From Candidatus Tectimicrobiota bacterium (GTDB lineage: Bacteria; JACPUC01), in the NCBI GenBank assembly GCA_016192455.1, contig JACPUC010000006.1, positions 124,001 to 188,000 on the forward strand: 64,000 bases of DNA, given 5' to 3'. Shown here one piece after another: positions 1 to 9,609 of this stretch. The notes beneath the pieces are model-generated. The model made no database searches. It was not told the DNA's origin and saw only the letters and a program-made list of their open reading frames with translations. A program made the position numbers and the translations under genes. Each line of letters begins with the position of its first letter. The stretch's first letter is position 1.

Positions 1-123
1 CTCGCCGAGCTTGTGGGTGACCCCCGTATAGAACAGGATGCGCTCCGACACGGTGGTCTTCCCCGCATCAATATGCGAGATAATGCCGATATTCCTGATG
101 CGATGGATCGGTACCTTACTCAT
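1..123 (-). CDS. fusA: Elongation factor G, N-terminal fragment (runs off the window edge)
   Basis: Manual translation of the minus strand from ATG at 123 gives [41 protein letters not shown], the EF-G G1 motif region. Not in the ORF track. Confidence 0.93.
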   Translation of the reverse strand, partial: MSKVPIHRIRNIGIISHIDAGKTTVSERILFYTGVTHKLGE

Positions 124-165
124 GGAGAGCGTCCCCGCGTGTTCCGGGAGAGAAAAATTCGCCTT

Positions 166-194
166 ACCATAGAAAGGCGACCCCTCTCTGTCAA
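166..194 (-). promoter_or_regulatory. Sigma70-type promoter of fusA
   Basis: Minus strand TTGACA (194-189), 17 nt spacer, TATGGT (171-166), about 40 nt upstream of the ATG. Confidence 0.65.
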
Positions 195-266
195 CCGTGG
201 GGCGCGGCGGGGGCGCCCCTCCGCCGCGCCGCGTAGACCGCCGCGGGAGTCATCGAGAGTTTCGCC

Positions 267-677
267 GTGAGCCGTCTCTTTGCGTTGCTGCGAGACTGGT
301 GGCTAGGCCGGCAGGGGGCCGGCGCGGGGGATGACGTCGGCGCCCCGGCATTCGGGCGGGGCCGGCTCGGCGGGGTGCTTCCCACCCTCGACCTCCACGG
401 CGTGGGGGTGCGCGAGGCGATTGAGCAGGTGGAGGAGTTCCTGCGCGCCTCGCGGCACCTCGGCGTGCGGCGCGTGCGCATCGTCTACGGCAAAGGCAGG
501 CACAGCCGCGGCGGCCGGGGCATCCTTCGCGAGGTGGTGCCCAGGTGGCTGGAGACAGAGGGCGCGCGCTACGTGGCGCGCTGGGAGCGTCGCCTCGATG
601 CCAGCGGCCTCGATGGCGGCGCCGAGGTGGTGCTCCGCCCGGCAAGTCCGCAGCAGCGGGAGGAGAGCGAGACGTAA
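267..677 (+). CDS. Stand-alone Smr/MutS2 C-terminal domain protein
   Basis: LDLHG...EA...IVYGKGRHS...ILR...V..WL...GG Smr signature. Confidence 0.88.
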   Translation: MSRLFALLRDWWLGRQGAGAGDDVGAPAFGRGRLGGVLPTLDLHGVGVREAIEQVEEFLRASRHLGVRRVRIVYGKGRHSRGGRGILREVVPRWLETEGARYVARWERRLDASGLDGGAEVVLRPASPQQREESET

Positions 678-713
678 CCGCTGCCGCATGGCCTCGTTGG
701 GAACGCTGCCCCC

Positions 714-2465
714 TCACCTCGTGCGGTAGCCGCCGAGGCTGCGGCGTAAGTTCTCGCGCGCCCCCTGGAGACCCGGCTTCCGCAGCACCGCTGCGGCATA
801 GGCGGCGTGGGCCTTGTCGGGCCGTCCGCGCGCCGCGAGCACGAGGCCGAGGTTGTTGCGGGCCTCGGCGTAGTCCGGCAGCAGGGCGAGGGCGCGCCGC
901 AGCGTCGCTTCGGCCGGCTCGTACTCCCCCAGCCCGTAGTGGGCGATCCCCAGGTTGGCGAGGCTCCTGGCCTGGGCCGGATGCTCCGCCACGAGCCTGC
1001 GGTACTCCCGCCGCGCCGCCTGCCAAGCGTGTCGCTGTAGGAGCACCGTCGCCAGGTTGTGGCGGGCGGCGGCGTAGCTCGGCTTCGCGGCCAGGCTCTG
1101 CGCGTAGCTTAGCAGGGCCTTGTCCCAGGCGCCCCGACCTTGCAGGGCCGCGCCGAGATTCTGGTATCCCAGAAAGCTGCGCGGGAAGCGCGCCACCACC
1201 GGCGTCCAGAGGGTCTCCGCCCGCCGCCAGGCGTAGGTGCGCTGCACGCTGAGCAGGGCGAAGGAGAGGGGCACGAGGAGGGCAAGCGCAAGGGGCGCTG
1301 CGGCCGCGCTCCTCCCTCGTTGCGGCCCGGTCCCCGGCGGCAGCGCCCGGCGATGCCACAGCGCCGCCCAGCCAAGCCCACCCAGCATGCACCCCCCAAG
1401 CAGCGGCAGGTAGAGGTAGCGCTCGGCGAGCGGGTGAGCCAGGGGGTACACGTTGCTCGCCGGCAGCCAGCTCACCAGCAGCCAGCCCAAACCTAGCCCA
1501 ACGGCGCTGCCACGCAGGCGCCACGCGGCCAGCAGATACGCGGCGAGGCCGAGCACCGCGGCGACGCCGAACGGCCAGGCCCCGATTCCAGGCGCCAGCC
1601 CAGCGCGCGCCGCCACGACATAGTCCACGCTTAGCGGCGCCGGCAACCACAGCAGCTTCAGCTCGTAGGCGAAGATGCGGCTCGTCACGAAGAGCCGCTG
1701 CAGCCAGCCAAGGTGCGTCAAACCGCGCGCCGCCTCGGCGGGATTCACCAACAGCGCGAACCGCAGCACGAGGTAGGCCGCGGTCACCAGCGCGACGGAG
1801 GCGAGCAGACCTGCGGACCTTGACGGTGGCCGGGGCGCCGGCGAGTCCGCCGCGCCGGCCCCGGGCGCGATGATGAGCAGCCCCACCAGGAGCGGCAAGG
1901 CGAGCGCCGACTCCTTCGCCAGCAGCGCCAGGACATAGGCGAGGAGGGCGAGCGCAAGGTAGGCCCAAGTTCGGTATCGCCCTGTGGTACTCAGCCACGA
2001 GAGCGCCAGGCGGCACGCCAGGAGGACGAAGAGCGCCGCCAGGAGGTCCTCGCGGAAGCCGATGGCGTTGACCGCCTCGGTCGCCGCGGGATGGACCGCG
2101 AAGAGCACCGCCGCCGCGACCGCGGCGCTGGTCGGCAAGCGGCAAGCGAGCAGGAGGGAGAAGAACGTCAGCGCCACGAGGGCATGAAGGAGCGTGTTCG
2201 TCAGGTGGAAACCGGCGGGTCGCAGCCCCCAGAGGAGGCTATCGAGACGGTAGCTCAGCGTCACGAGCGGACGATAGCTCAGCTCGCCGGCGGCCTCGAA
2301 GTAGCCGCGGCTGACAAGGTTGCGCCATCGCCACGCGGTCCGCAGATGCTCGTTCTGCACGACGACGGCCCAGTCATCGTAGACGAAGCCGTTCCGCAGG
2401 CTCGGCAGGTAGACGAGCAGGGCCAGGAGGAAGAGAGCCAGGGGTGCAAGGCGCCTGACGGTCAC
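714..2465 (-). CDS. Polytopic GT-C-type membrane protein with C-terminal TPR repeats (TMTC-like)
   Basis: GFVYDD, YRPL, HP..TEAV, LAKE and AERYLYLP motifs; many TM helices; TPRs such as YAEARNNLG. Confidence 0.82.
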   Translation of the reverse strand: MTVRRLAPLALFLLALLVYLPSLRNGFVYDDWAVVVQNEHLRTAWRWRNLVSRGYFEAAGELSYRPLVTLSYRLDSLLWGLRPAGFHLTNTLLHALVALTFFSLLLACRLPTSAAVAAAVLFAVHPAATEAVNAIGFREDLLAALFVLLACRLALSWLSTTGRYRTWAYLALALLAYVLALLAKESALALPLLVGLLIIAPGAGAADSPAPRPPSRSAGLLASVALVTAAYLVLRFALLVNPAEAARGLTHLGWLQRLFVTSRIFAYELKLLWLPAPLSVDYVVAARAGLAPGIGAWPFGVAAVLGLAAYLLAAWRLRGSAVGLGLGWLLVSWLPASNVYPLAHPLAERYLYLPLLGGCMLGGLGWAALWHRRALPPGTGPQRGRSAAAAPLALALLVPLSFALLSVQRTYAWRRAETLWTPVVARFPRSFLGYQNLGAALQGRGAWDKALLSYAQSLAAKPSYAAARHNLATVLLQRHAWQAARREYRRLVAEHPAQARSLANLGIAHYGLGEYEPAEATLRRALALLPDYAEARNNLGLVLAARGRPDKAHAAYAAAVLRKPGLQGARENLRRSLGGYRTR

Positions 2466-2563
2466 GGCGTGCAGCGGCTAGGGGAGGGCCGGCAGGGTGG
2501 CCGGGGGACGGTGGCCTGCCGCGCCGCCTCTCGTTCGGCGGCCGGCGGCGAGGGCGGAACGAT

Positions 2564-3757
2564 TCAGATGATCCCGGCCTGCCGGAGTTCGGCGCACGGC
2601 TCGGCGCTCAAGCCGAGAAGCTCCTGGTAGTACGTCCGGTTGTGCTCGCCGAGCGCGGGCGGGCCGGCGTCGGGTCCCACCGGGGTTTCGGAGAGCTTCA
2701 TCGGGGAGGCTACCAGACGGGCGGTCTCCTGGCCGTCTCCCACGGGCACCTCGGCGATCATGCCGCGGGCCTGAATCTGCGGGTGCGCCACCACCTCGTT
2801 GATGCGGTTGATCTCGCCGTAGGCGATGCCGGTCGGCTCGAGGAGCTGCGTCCACTCCGCCGTCGTCCGCTGCGCCGTCAAGGAGCGCAGGATCTCATCC
2901 AGCTCCTCGCGGTGCGCCGTTCGCGCGTTCTTCTCCTGGAAGCGCGGGTCGGTCAGAAGGTGCGCCACGCCGGCAACCCGGCAGAAGCGCTGCCACTGGC
3001 GCTCCTCGCCGATGGCCAGGACGATGTACCCGTCGCCGGTGGGGTAGGCCTGGATGGGCGTCACCACGGGGTGTTTCGTTCCCAGCGGCCCCGCCACCTC
3101 GCCGGTGGCGAAGTAGCGCGCCACGGCGTTCTCCAGCAGCGCCACCTGGCAATCCATCATCGACACGTCGAGGAATTGGCCCCGGCCGCTGTTGCCGCGC
3201 TCGATGAGGGCGGCCAGCAGGCCCATGGCGGTGAACATGCCGCCGGCGAGGTCGCCGATGGAGTAGCCCACCCGCACCGGCTCGCCGCCGGGCGTGCCGG
3301 TGACGCTCACCGTGCCTCCCATCGCCTGCACCACCAAGTCGTAGGCGGCGCGCTGCGCCAGGGGACCTGTCTGCCCGAAGCCGGAGCAGGCGGCGTAGAT
3401 GAGCCGCGCATTCCGCTCCCGCAGCACGGGCCAATCGAGGCCCAGGGCGCGCATGACGCCGGGGCGGTAGTTCTCGACCACCGCGTCGGCGTGATCCACC
3501 AGCCGCAGGAAGAGGTCGCGCCCCCGCGCCTCCTTGAGGTTGCAGGTGATGCTCTTCTTGCCGCGATTGACGCTCAGGAAGTAGGTGCTCACGCCGTGCA
3601 CGAAGGGCCCGTTGCGGCGCGCCGGATCACCCCCTTCCGGCGCCTCCACCTTCACCACCTCGGCGCCGAGGTCGGCCAGGAGCATCGTCGCGTAGGGTCC
3701 GGCGAGGAACCGCGTCAGGTCGAGGATGCGGATGCCGTGCAGGGGTTTGGCGCGCAT
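2564..3757 (-). CDS. Family III CoA-transferase (CaiB/BaiF)
   Basis: Starts MRAKPLHGIRILDLTRFLAGP; LADLGAEVVKVE, NRGKKS, ENYRPG, GFGQTGP, catalytic IGD, PPALGEH. The ORF-track N-terminal extension is spurious. Confidence 0.93.
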   Translation of the reverse strand: MRAKPLHGIRILDLTRFLAGPYATMLLADLGAEVVKVEAPEGGDPARRNGPFVHGVSTYFLSVNRGKKSITCNLKEARGRDLFLRLVDHADAVVENYRPGVMRALGLDWPVLRERNARLIYAACSGFGQTGPLAQRAAYDLVVQAMGGTVSVTGTPGGEPVRVGYSIGDLAGGMFTAMGLLAALIERGNSGRGQFLDVSMMDCQVALLENAVARYFATGEVAGPLGTKHPVVTPIQAYPTGDGYIVLAIGEERQWQRFCRVAGVAHLLTDPRFQEKNARTAHREELDEILRSLTAQRTTAEWTQLLEPTGIAYGEINRINEVVAHPQIQARGMIAEVPVGDGQETARLVASPMKLSETPVGPDAGPPALGEHNRTYYQELLGLSAEPCAELRQAGII

Positions 3758-3876
3758 GGCTCGGTTATGAGCAGAAGGAAGGAAGCAGACAGGGCGGCAC
3801 CGCGCGGCGCCGCTCCGCCGAGATGAGACGATCGCGCCACGGAGACGCCGACAGCCGGCGGGCGGAGCGCGGCGGC

Positions 3877-4683
3877 CTAGCCGCGAGCCTCCTGATCGCC
3901 GTCCTGACGCGACGGGCAGTGCGGCGCCACGACGCACCGCCGGCAGGCGGGTTTGCGGGCGCCGCAGACGTAGCGCCCGTGCAAGATGAGGCGATGCGAA
4001 AGGGAGGTCCACACGCGGCGCGGCGTCACCGCCATGAGGTCCTGCTCGATCTTCTCGGGGTCCTGCTGGCGGCTGAGGCCGAGGCGCTGCGCCAGTCGCT
4101 TCACGTGCGTATCGACCACCACGCCGGGAACTCCGAAGGCGTTCCCCAGGATGACGTTGGCGGTCTTGCGGCCGACGCCGTCGAGCGCCACCAGCTCCTC
4201 CATCGTCGCCGGCACTTCGCCGCCGTGGCGCTCCACGATCCTCTTGCAGCAGGCGATGAGGCTCTTCGCCTTGTTGCGGTAGAAGCCGGTGCTGCGGACC
4301 TGCTCCTCCAGCTCCTCCTGCCGCGCCGCGGCGAAGTCCTGGGCAGCGCGGTACCTGGCGAAGAGGCCCGGCGTCACCAGATTCACCCGCTCGTCGGTGC
4401 ACTGCGCCGAGAGGATCGTCGCCACCAGGAGCTGCAAGGGGTTCGCGGAGTCGAGGGTGCAGTGCGCGTCCGGGTAGGCTTTCTTCAGGGCGGCGACGAT
4501 CTTCCGGGCGCGGGCCTGGGTCGCCTCGAGGGACTCCGGCTGCGCGCCGGCGGCAGGCTGCACGTCGGCCGGTGACGGAGGCGCCGCACGTCCCCGCCGT
4601 TCCCCCACGTTGCGGACACGCCCTCTCGCCGCAGCCACCGCTGCCCCTCCTCTCGCCGCGACATCCCGTAAGTGTCGCTTCAC
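3877..4683 (-). CDS. nth: Endonuclease III (start uncertain, possibly GTG at 4563)
   Basis: [13 protein letters not shown], Hh[16 protein letters not shown], 4Fe-4S motif C-x6-C-x2-C-x5-C. Confidence 0.95.
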   Translation of the reverse strand: MKRHLRDVAARGGAAVAAARGRVRNVGERRGRAAPPSPADVQPAAGAQPESLEATQARARKIVAALKKAYPDAHCTLDSANPLQLLVATILSAQCTDERVNLVTPGLFARYRAAQDFAAARQEELEEQVRSTGFYRNKAKSLIACCKRIVERHGGEVPATMEELVALDGVGRKTANVILGNAFGVPGVVVDTHVKRLAQRLGLSRQQDPEKIEQDLMAVTPRRVWTSLSHRLILHGRYVCGARKPACRRCVVAPHCPSRQDGDQEARG

Positions 4684-4734
4684 CCGCTCCGCCGCGCCTC
4701 GCGCTGCCTCGTGCTACCCGCCACGGCCCCGCGT

Positions 4735-6447
4735 TTAGCGCCGGGCGAGGGCCGCCGCCACCTCCTCCGCATCCAGCGTCGTGACGACCTGCCCCGCCTC
4801 CAGCCAGCCCTTGCGAGCCACCGCCACGCCGTAGGCGGTATCCGCCAGCCCGTCGAGGTGGTGGGCATCGGGATTGATGCTGAACCGCGCGCCGCGCTCG
4901 GTGGCGTAGCGGCAGAGGCGCCAATCGAGGTCGAGGCGGTGCGGGTTGGCGTTGATCTCGATGATCTTGCCGTGCTCCGCGGCGGCATCGATGACGGCGT
5001 GCATGTCCACCGAGTAGGGATCGCGCGCCAGCAGCAGGCGGCCCGTCGGGTGCCCGAGCATTGTCAGGTAGGGATTGCTGAGGGCCCGGCAGAGGCGCGC
5101 CGTCATCTCCCCCTCGCTGAGATTGAAGTGACTGTGCACGGAGCCGATAACGAAGTCAAACGACGCCAACACGTCGTCATCGTAGTCGAGGCGGCCGTCC
5201 GGCAGGATATCGGCCTCGATGCCGCGGAAGATGCGGATGCCTTCGAGCCGGGCGTCGAGCGCCGCCAGCTCCGCGGCCTGCTGGCGGACGCGTTCCTCGT
5301 CCAGACCGCGGGCATAGAAGGCCGACTTACTGTGGTCGGAGATGCCGAGGTAGGCGTAGCCCAGCTCGCGCGCCCGCAGCGCCATGGCCTCGGCGCCGGC
5401 GGCGCCGTCGCTCCAGGTGGTGTGGACGTGGAAGATGCCCCGCACCGCCGTCTCGTCGAAAAGCCGCGGCAAGCTGCCGGCCTCCGCCGCCACGACCTCG
5501 CCGTAGTCCTCGCGCAGCTCGGGGGGGATGAAGGCCAGGTCGAGGGCCTGGTAAATGGCCGCCTCGTCGGCGCAGGCCAGGGGGCGGTCGCCCTGCAAGA
5601 GGCCGTCCTTGGTCAGCGTCAACCCCCGCGCCCGGGCCCGCTGCCGCAGCAGCGCGGTGTGCTCGGCGCTCCCCGTCAGCGCCAGGAGCGCGAAGGGGAA
5701 CGCCGCATCGGGCACGACGTGGAGCTCGGCGCGCATACCGTTGTCGAGGATGACCGTGGCCCGCGTCTCCTCCCGCTCCTCAACACGCTCCACGCCCGGC
5801 AGGCTGGCGAAGGCGTCCAGGAGAGCCGCGGGAGCTGCGCTCGCGGCCACGAGGTCGAGATCGCGGATCGTCTCGCGGCAGCGGCGCAGGCTGCCGGCGA
5901 TGCTCAGGCGCCGCGTCGCCGGGTGCCGCGCCAGGTGCTCGAGGAGCGGCGCGGCGCGCTGACGCGCGGCGCTCAGGTGGTAGCGGCCGCGGAAGCGCTT
6001 CAGGCGCTCGATCCCTTGCAGGACCTTTTCCTGGGAGCGGGCGCCGAAGCCCTCGAGCACGACGAGGCGGTTCTCGTTGCAGGCATACTCGAGTTCGCCC
6101 AGCGACTCGATGCCGAGCTGCGTCCAGAGGAGGCGCGTCTTCTTGGGACCGAGGCCCGGCACCTGGAGGATGTCGAGGAGGCCGGCGGGGACCGAAGCTT
6201 TCAGCTTCTCATGGTAGGCGAGCTTGCCGGTGGCGGCGAGCTCGGTGATCTTCTCCGCGAGCGCCTTGCCGATGCCCTTCACCTGGTGCGATTTCATCCG
6301 CTCGACGAGGCTCGGCAGGGCGTCGGGAAGCAACTCGAGCGCGCGGGCGGCGTTGACATACGCGCGGCTCTTGAAGGGGTTCTCGCCTTGCAGTTCGAGG
6401 AGCGTGCCGATCTCTTGCAGGACGTGGGTGATTTCTTTCTTGTCCAT
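4735..6447 (-). CDS. polX: Family X DNA polymerase with PHP domain (possibly non-canonical polymerase site)
   Basis: GENPFK..AY, GIGK, PGLGPKK, GSLRR..ETIRDLD, IPPELRE; PHP motifs HVHT.WSDG, SDHS, GHPTGR, PDAH. Confidence 0.95.
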   Translation of the reverse strand: MDKKEITHVLQEIGTLLELQGENPFKSRAYVNAARALELLPDALPSLVERMKSHQVKGIGKALAEKITELAATGKLAYHEKLKASVPAGLLDILQVPGLGPKKTRLLWTQLGIESLGELEYACNENRLVVLEGFGARSQEKVLQGIERLKRFRGRYHLSAARQRAAPLLEHLARHPATRRLSIAGSLRRCRETIRDLDLVAASAAPAALLDAFASLPGVERVEEREETRATVILDNGMRAELHVVPDAAFPFALLALTGSAEHTALLRQRARARGLTLTKDGLLQGDRPLACADEAAIYQALDLAFIPPELREDYGEVVAAEAGSLPRLFDETAVRGIFHVHTTWSDGAAGAEAMALRARELGYAYLGISDHSKSAFYARGLDEERVRQQAAELAALDARLEGIRIFRGIEADILPDGRLDYDDDVLASFDFVIGSVHSHFNLSEGEMTARLCRALSNPYLTMLGHPTGRLLLARDPYSVDMHAVIDAAAEHGKIIEINANPHRLDLDWRLCRYATERGARFSINPDAHHLDGLADTAYGVAVARKGWLEAGQVVTTLDAEEVAAALARR

Positions 6448-6512
6448 GATTGCTTCATGCCGGGTCCGCCTGCCTCTACGATCGACGGGCCACGGAGCCA
6501 GGCGCGCCTGGC

Positions 6513-8879
6513 CTATGAGCGCCGGCGGCCGGGGGGCGCCGCCGGCTGCCGGCGCACGGAGATGCCCTCGCTGGGTCGGGCGCCCTGCCGGTTCCGCCCG
6601 TCGCGCTCCCCGCGGTTGCGCTGCCAACGCGCCTCCGCGGCGCGCTGTCGCTGGATTGCCAGGCGCAGGCGCTCCGGCGTGATCGGCAGGTCGTGGAGGC
6701 GCACCCCGACGGCGTGGTAGATGGCGTTGGCGAGCGCCGCGGCGGTCGGCACGCAGGGGGGCTCGCCGATTGCCTTGGCGCCGTACGGCCCCTCGCCCAG
6801 GCCGGCCTCGACGATGCAGGCGACGATAGGCGGCTGATCGAGCGGCGTCGGCATGCGGTAGTCGGTGAGGTGGGGGTTGAGCACGACGCCGTCCCGCACC
6901 ACGGTCTCCTCCATGAGGGCATAGCCGATGCCCTGCAGGACGCCGCCTTCGATCTGCCCCTCGACCGCCAGGGGGTTCACCGCCAACCCCAGGTCGTGGG
7001 CCGCGAAGAGTCGATGCACAAGAACCTTGCCGGTGTCGGGATCGACCTCGACGTCCGCCACCTGCACCGCGAAGGCCGGGCCGGGGCGAACCTTCGACTG
7101 GAAGCTGCCGCGCCCGATGAGCGGCCCGCCGCTGCGCTGGTGGGCGTGCTGCGAGACCTGCGCGTAGCTCAGGCGGCGATCCGGCGCTCCCCGCACCAGC
7201 GCGGCGCCGTCGCGCAGCACCACATCCGCCGCAGCCGCCTCGAGGAGCTCCGCCGCCACGCGCTGCATCTGCGCCCGCAGATCGGCGGCCGCGTTCTGCA
7301 CCGCGAAGCCGGCGGTGAACATGATCTTGCTGCCGCCGGTGCCGGAGTCGAAGGGGGTGCGCTCCGTATCGGCGGTGACCAGGCTGATGCGCCCCACGCC
7401 GACGTGCAGCTCCTCCGCCAGCACCTGGGTGAGCGCCGTATCCGACCCGGTCAGATCGACGACCCCGGTGAAGAGCGTCAGCGTGCCGTCTTCGTTGAGC
7501 GTCACCACCGCGCTGCTCGTCTGGGCGCCCGAGGGACGGTGGCTGCAGGCGATGCCGATGCCGCGGTTCGGAGCGGGCCTCAGGTTGGCGGCCCCCGGTC
7601 TCCAGCCGAGCTCCGCCGCGGCGCGCTCGAGGGTCTCCCGGAAGGCTACGTGGTGCGCCGGCTTGCCGGTGATCTCGAGATCGCCGTCCCGCAGCGCGTT
7701 GCGCAGGCGCAGCTCGAGCGGATCGAGGCGCAACGCCTCGGCGATGGCGTCGAGCTGGGTTTCACCCGCGAAGAAGGCCTGGGGATCGCCCGGCGCGCGG
7801 CAGATGCCGCAGCCGACCTTGTTCGTGTAGACGGAGAAGGCTTCGATGCGCTGGTGCGGGATGCGGTACGGGCCGCAGACCCGCGTGCCGCCGCCCGGCG
7901 GCACGACGACGTTGGCGCCGTTGAAGGCGCCGGCGTCCCAGATGAGCGTGGCCTGGCGCGCTAGGAGCGTGCCGTCGCGACGCACCCCCGTCTTCATGCG
8001 GAGGCGGGCCGGATGCCGGTGGTAGGAGGCGAGGAACTCCTCCTCGCGCGACAGGGTGAGCTGCACGGCGCGTCTGCAGGCGCGCGCCAGCAGCAGCGCG
8101 ATCGGTTCGAGGAGGAGGTAGAACTTGCCGCCGAAACCGCCGCCCACGCGCGTGCCGATGACCCGCAGCTTCGTCATCGGCAGTGCGAAGATCTCCGCGA
8201 GCGCGCGCCGGGCAATGAAGACCTCCTGGGTCGGGGTCCAGATGGTGATCTTGCCGCTGGCCTCGGCGACGGCGGTGACGCTGTGCGGCTCGAGGTAGCC
8301 GTGGTGCATCTTCTGGGTGGTGTAGGCGTCCTCGAAGACCTCGTCGCAGGTGGCGAAGGCCGCCGCGCAGTCGCCGAGCTCCAGGAGTTGGTAGGCGCTG
8401 AGGTTGCGGCAGCCCGGCGGCGCTCCCTTCGGGGCCGGCAGATCGGCATGGATGAGGGGCGCGTCGGGAGCCATCGCCGCCTCGGGATCGAAGAGGGCGG
8501 GGAGCGGCTCGTACTCGACGTTGATGAGGGCCAGGGCCTCCTCCGCCGTGTCCTCATCAACGGCGGCCACCGCCGCCACCGGCTCGCCGGCATAGCGGAC
8601 GCGCTCCCACGGCAGCACGATGAGGTCGCGCACCGGACCGCGCCCGTGGCGCGTGCGCGGCGCATCCTGACCGGTCACCACGGCGCGGACGCCGGGGAGG
8701 CGGCGCGCCCGGGCCACCTCAACAGAGCGGATGAGGGCGTGGGGATGAGGGCTGAGGAGGAGCCTCCCCGTCAGCATGCCCGGCAGCCGCACGTCATCGC
8801 CGTACACCGCGGCGCCCGTCGCCTTCTCCACCCCCTCCACCCGTGGCAGGCGCGTGCCGATAACCTCGTAGGGACTCAC
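6513..8879 (-). CDS. Xanthine dehydrogenase-family molybdopterin-binding (large) subunit
   Basis: KATG.A.Y.DD, SPHPHA, GGGFGGK, CRAPGDPQ, VEGQIEGG, GAKAIGEPP; GTG start after a GAGGAG RBS. Confidence 0.9.
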   Translation of the reverse strand: MSPYEVIGTRLPRVEGVEKATGAAVYGDDVRLPGMLTGRLLLSPHPHALIRSVEVARARRLPGVRAVVTGQDAPRTRHGRGPVRDLIVLPWERVRYAGEPVAAVAAVDEDTAEEALALINVEYEPLPALFDPEAAMAPDAPLIHADLPAPKGAPPGCRNLSAYQLLELGDCAAAFATCDEVFEDAYTTQKMHHGYLEPHSVTAVAEASGKITIWTPTQEVFIARRALAEIFALPMTKLRVIGTRVGGGFGGKFYLLLEPIALLLARACRRAVQLTLSREEEFLASYHRHPARLRMKTGVRRDGTLLARQATLIWDAGAFNGANVVVPPGGGTRVCGPYRIPHQRIEAFSVYTNKVGCGICRAPGDPQAFFAGETQLDAIAEALRLDPLELRLRNALRDGDLEITGKPAHHVAFRETLERAAAELGWRPGAANLRPAPNRGIGIACSHRPSGAQTSSAVVTLNEDGTLTLFTGVVDLTGSDTALTQVLAEELHVGVGRISLVTADTERTPFDSGTGGSKIMFTAGFAVQNAAADLRAQMQRVAAELLEAAAADVVLRDGAALVRGAPDRRLSYAQVSQHAHQRSGGPLIGRGSFQSKVRPGPAFAVQVADVEVDPDTGKVLVHRLFAAHDLGLAVNPLAVEGQIEGGVLQGIGYALMEETVVRDGVVLNPHLTDYRMPTPLDQPPIVACIVEAGLGEGPYGAKAIGEPPCVPTAAALANAIYHAVGVRLHDLPITPERLRLAIQRQRAAEARWQRNRGERDGRNRQGARPSEGISVRRQPAAPPGRRRS

Positions 8880-8983
8880 GCGGCACTCTCCTCTGGTAGG
8901 GCTCGTCGCAGCACGCTGTTTCAGGGGACGGAGGCGGTGCGCCCACCACGTTCCTCGTTCCCGCCGCACCGCTCCGCGGCGCG

Positions 8984-9027
8984 CCCCGCCTCGCAGCAAA
9001 CCCCGCCTCGCAGCAAACCCCGCCTCG
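8984..9027. repeat. 17-bp tandem repeat CCCCGCCTCGCAGCAAA, about 2.6 copies
   Basis: Copies at 8984-9000, 9001-9017 and a partial copy at 9018-9027, intergenic. Confidence 0.85.
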
Positions 9028-9031
9028 GCGC

Positions 9032-9478
9032 TTAGGATCTCGTCTGCTCAGTATCACCAGGCTGCACGCGCTCCGCAAGGGTGTCCGCGTAAGCCTTGAG
9101 CTGGTGAATCTGCACCGTGAGCTTCGCCAGCTTCTCCGTCGTCACCCGCAGCCGGGTGATCAGCGCCAGGATGAGGGCGCGGTGTTGCTCCGACATCTTG
9201 TCGAACTCGGCGAGGAAATTGCGCTTGTTGATGATCGCCAGGCGCACCTCGGTCTTGGCGCGCACCGTGGCCGTATGCGGCAGGCGCCCGAGCACGCCCA
9301 TCTCGCCGAAGACGTCGCCCGCGGAGAGAGTTACCACCAACACCTTCTTCCCTTCGTAGTCCTTCAGGACGGCCACCTCGCCCGTCTCAATCAGGTAGGC
9401 CGCCTCGGAAGGGGTATCTTCGCGGATGATGGTGGCTCCAGCCTGGTACGTTTCGCGGTGGGAGATGTTGGTTGCCAT
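9032..9478 (-). CDS. Cyclic nucleotide-binding domain protein without HTH, with C-terminal coiled coil
   Basis: G.TIIRE, YLIETGEV, GDVFGEMGV...PHTATVRA; ends in a heptad-like helix. Confidence 0.85.
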   Translation of the reverse strand: MATNISHRETYQAGATIIREDTPSEAAYLIETGEVAVLKDYEGKKVLVVTLSAGDVFGEMGVLGRLPHTATVRAKTEVRLAIINKRNFLAEFDKMSEQHRALILALITRLRVTTEKLAKLTVQIHQLKAYADTLAERVQPGDTEQTRS

Positions 9479-9609
9479 CGTGCTCCTCGCTCTTCAGAAG
9501 GTGAACCTGCGCTGTTGAACTTGGCCTGGCGGGAGGCTCGACGAGCGCAACCCGCCGGGAATCGAAGCCAGGCCAGCAGCGTGGCGGCGGCGCGGCTTGC
9601 CTCCCAGTC

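Noticed and set aside
13-270. 85-aa plus-strand ORF
   Set aside because: Antisense shadow of the fusA 5' end and its promoter.
3758-4924. Apparent 786-aa fusion N-terminal to the CoA-transferase
   Set aside because: The extension overlaps nth and polX in another frame and is low-complexity; the real start is ATG at 3757.
250-6720. Long alternative-frame and antisense ORFs (e.g. 250-2145, 2642-3826, 4672-6720, and similar ones throughout the window)
   Set aside because: Arg/Gly/Ala/Pro-rich shadows of real genes, expected in high-GC DNA; no recognisable motifs.
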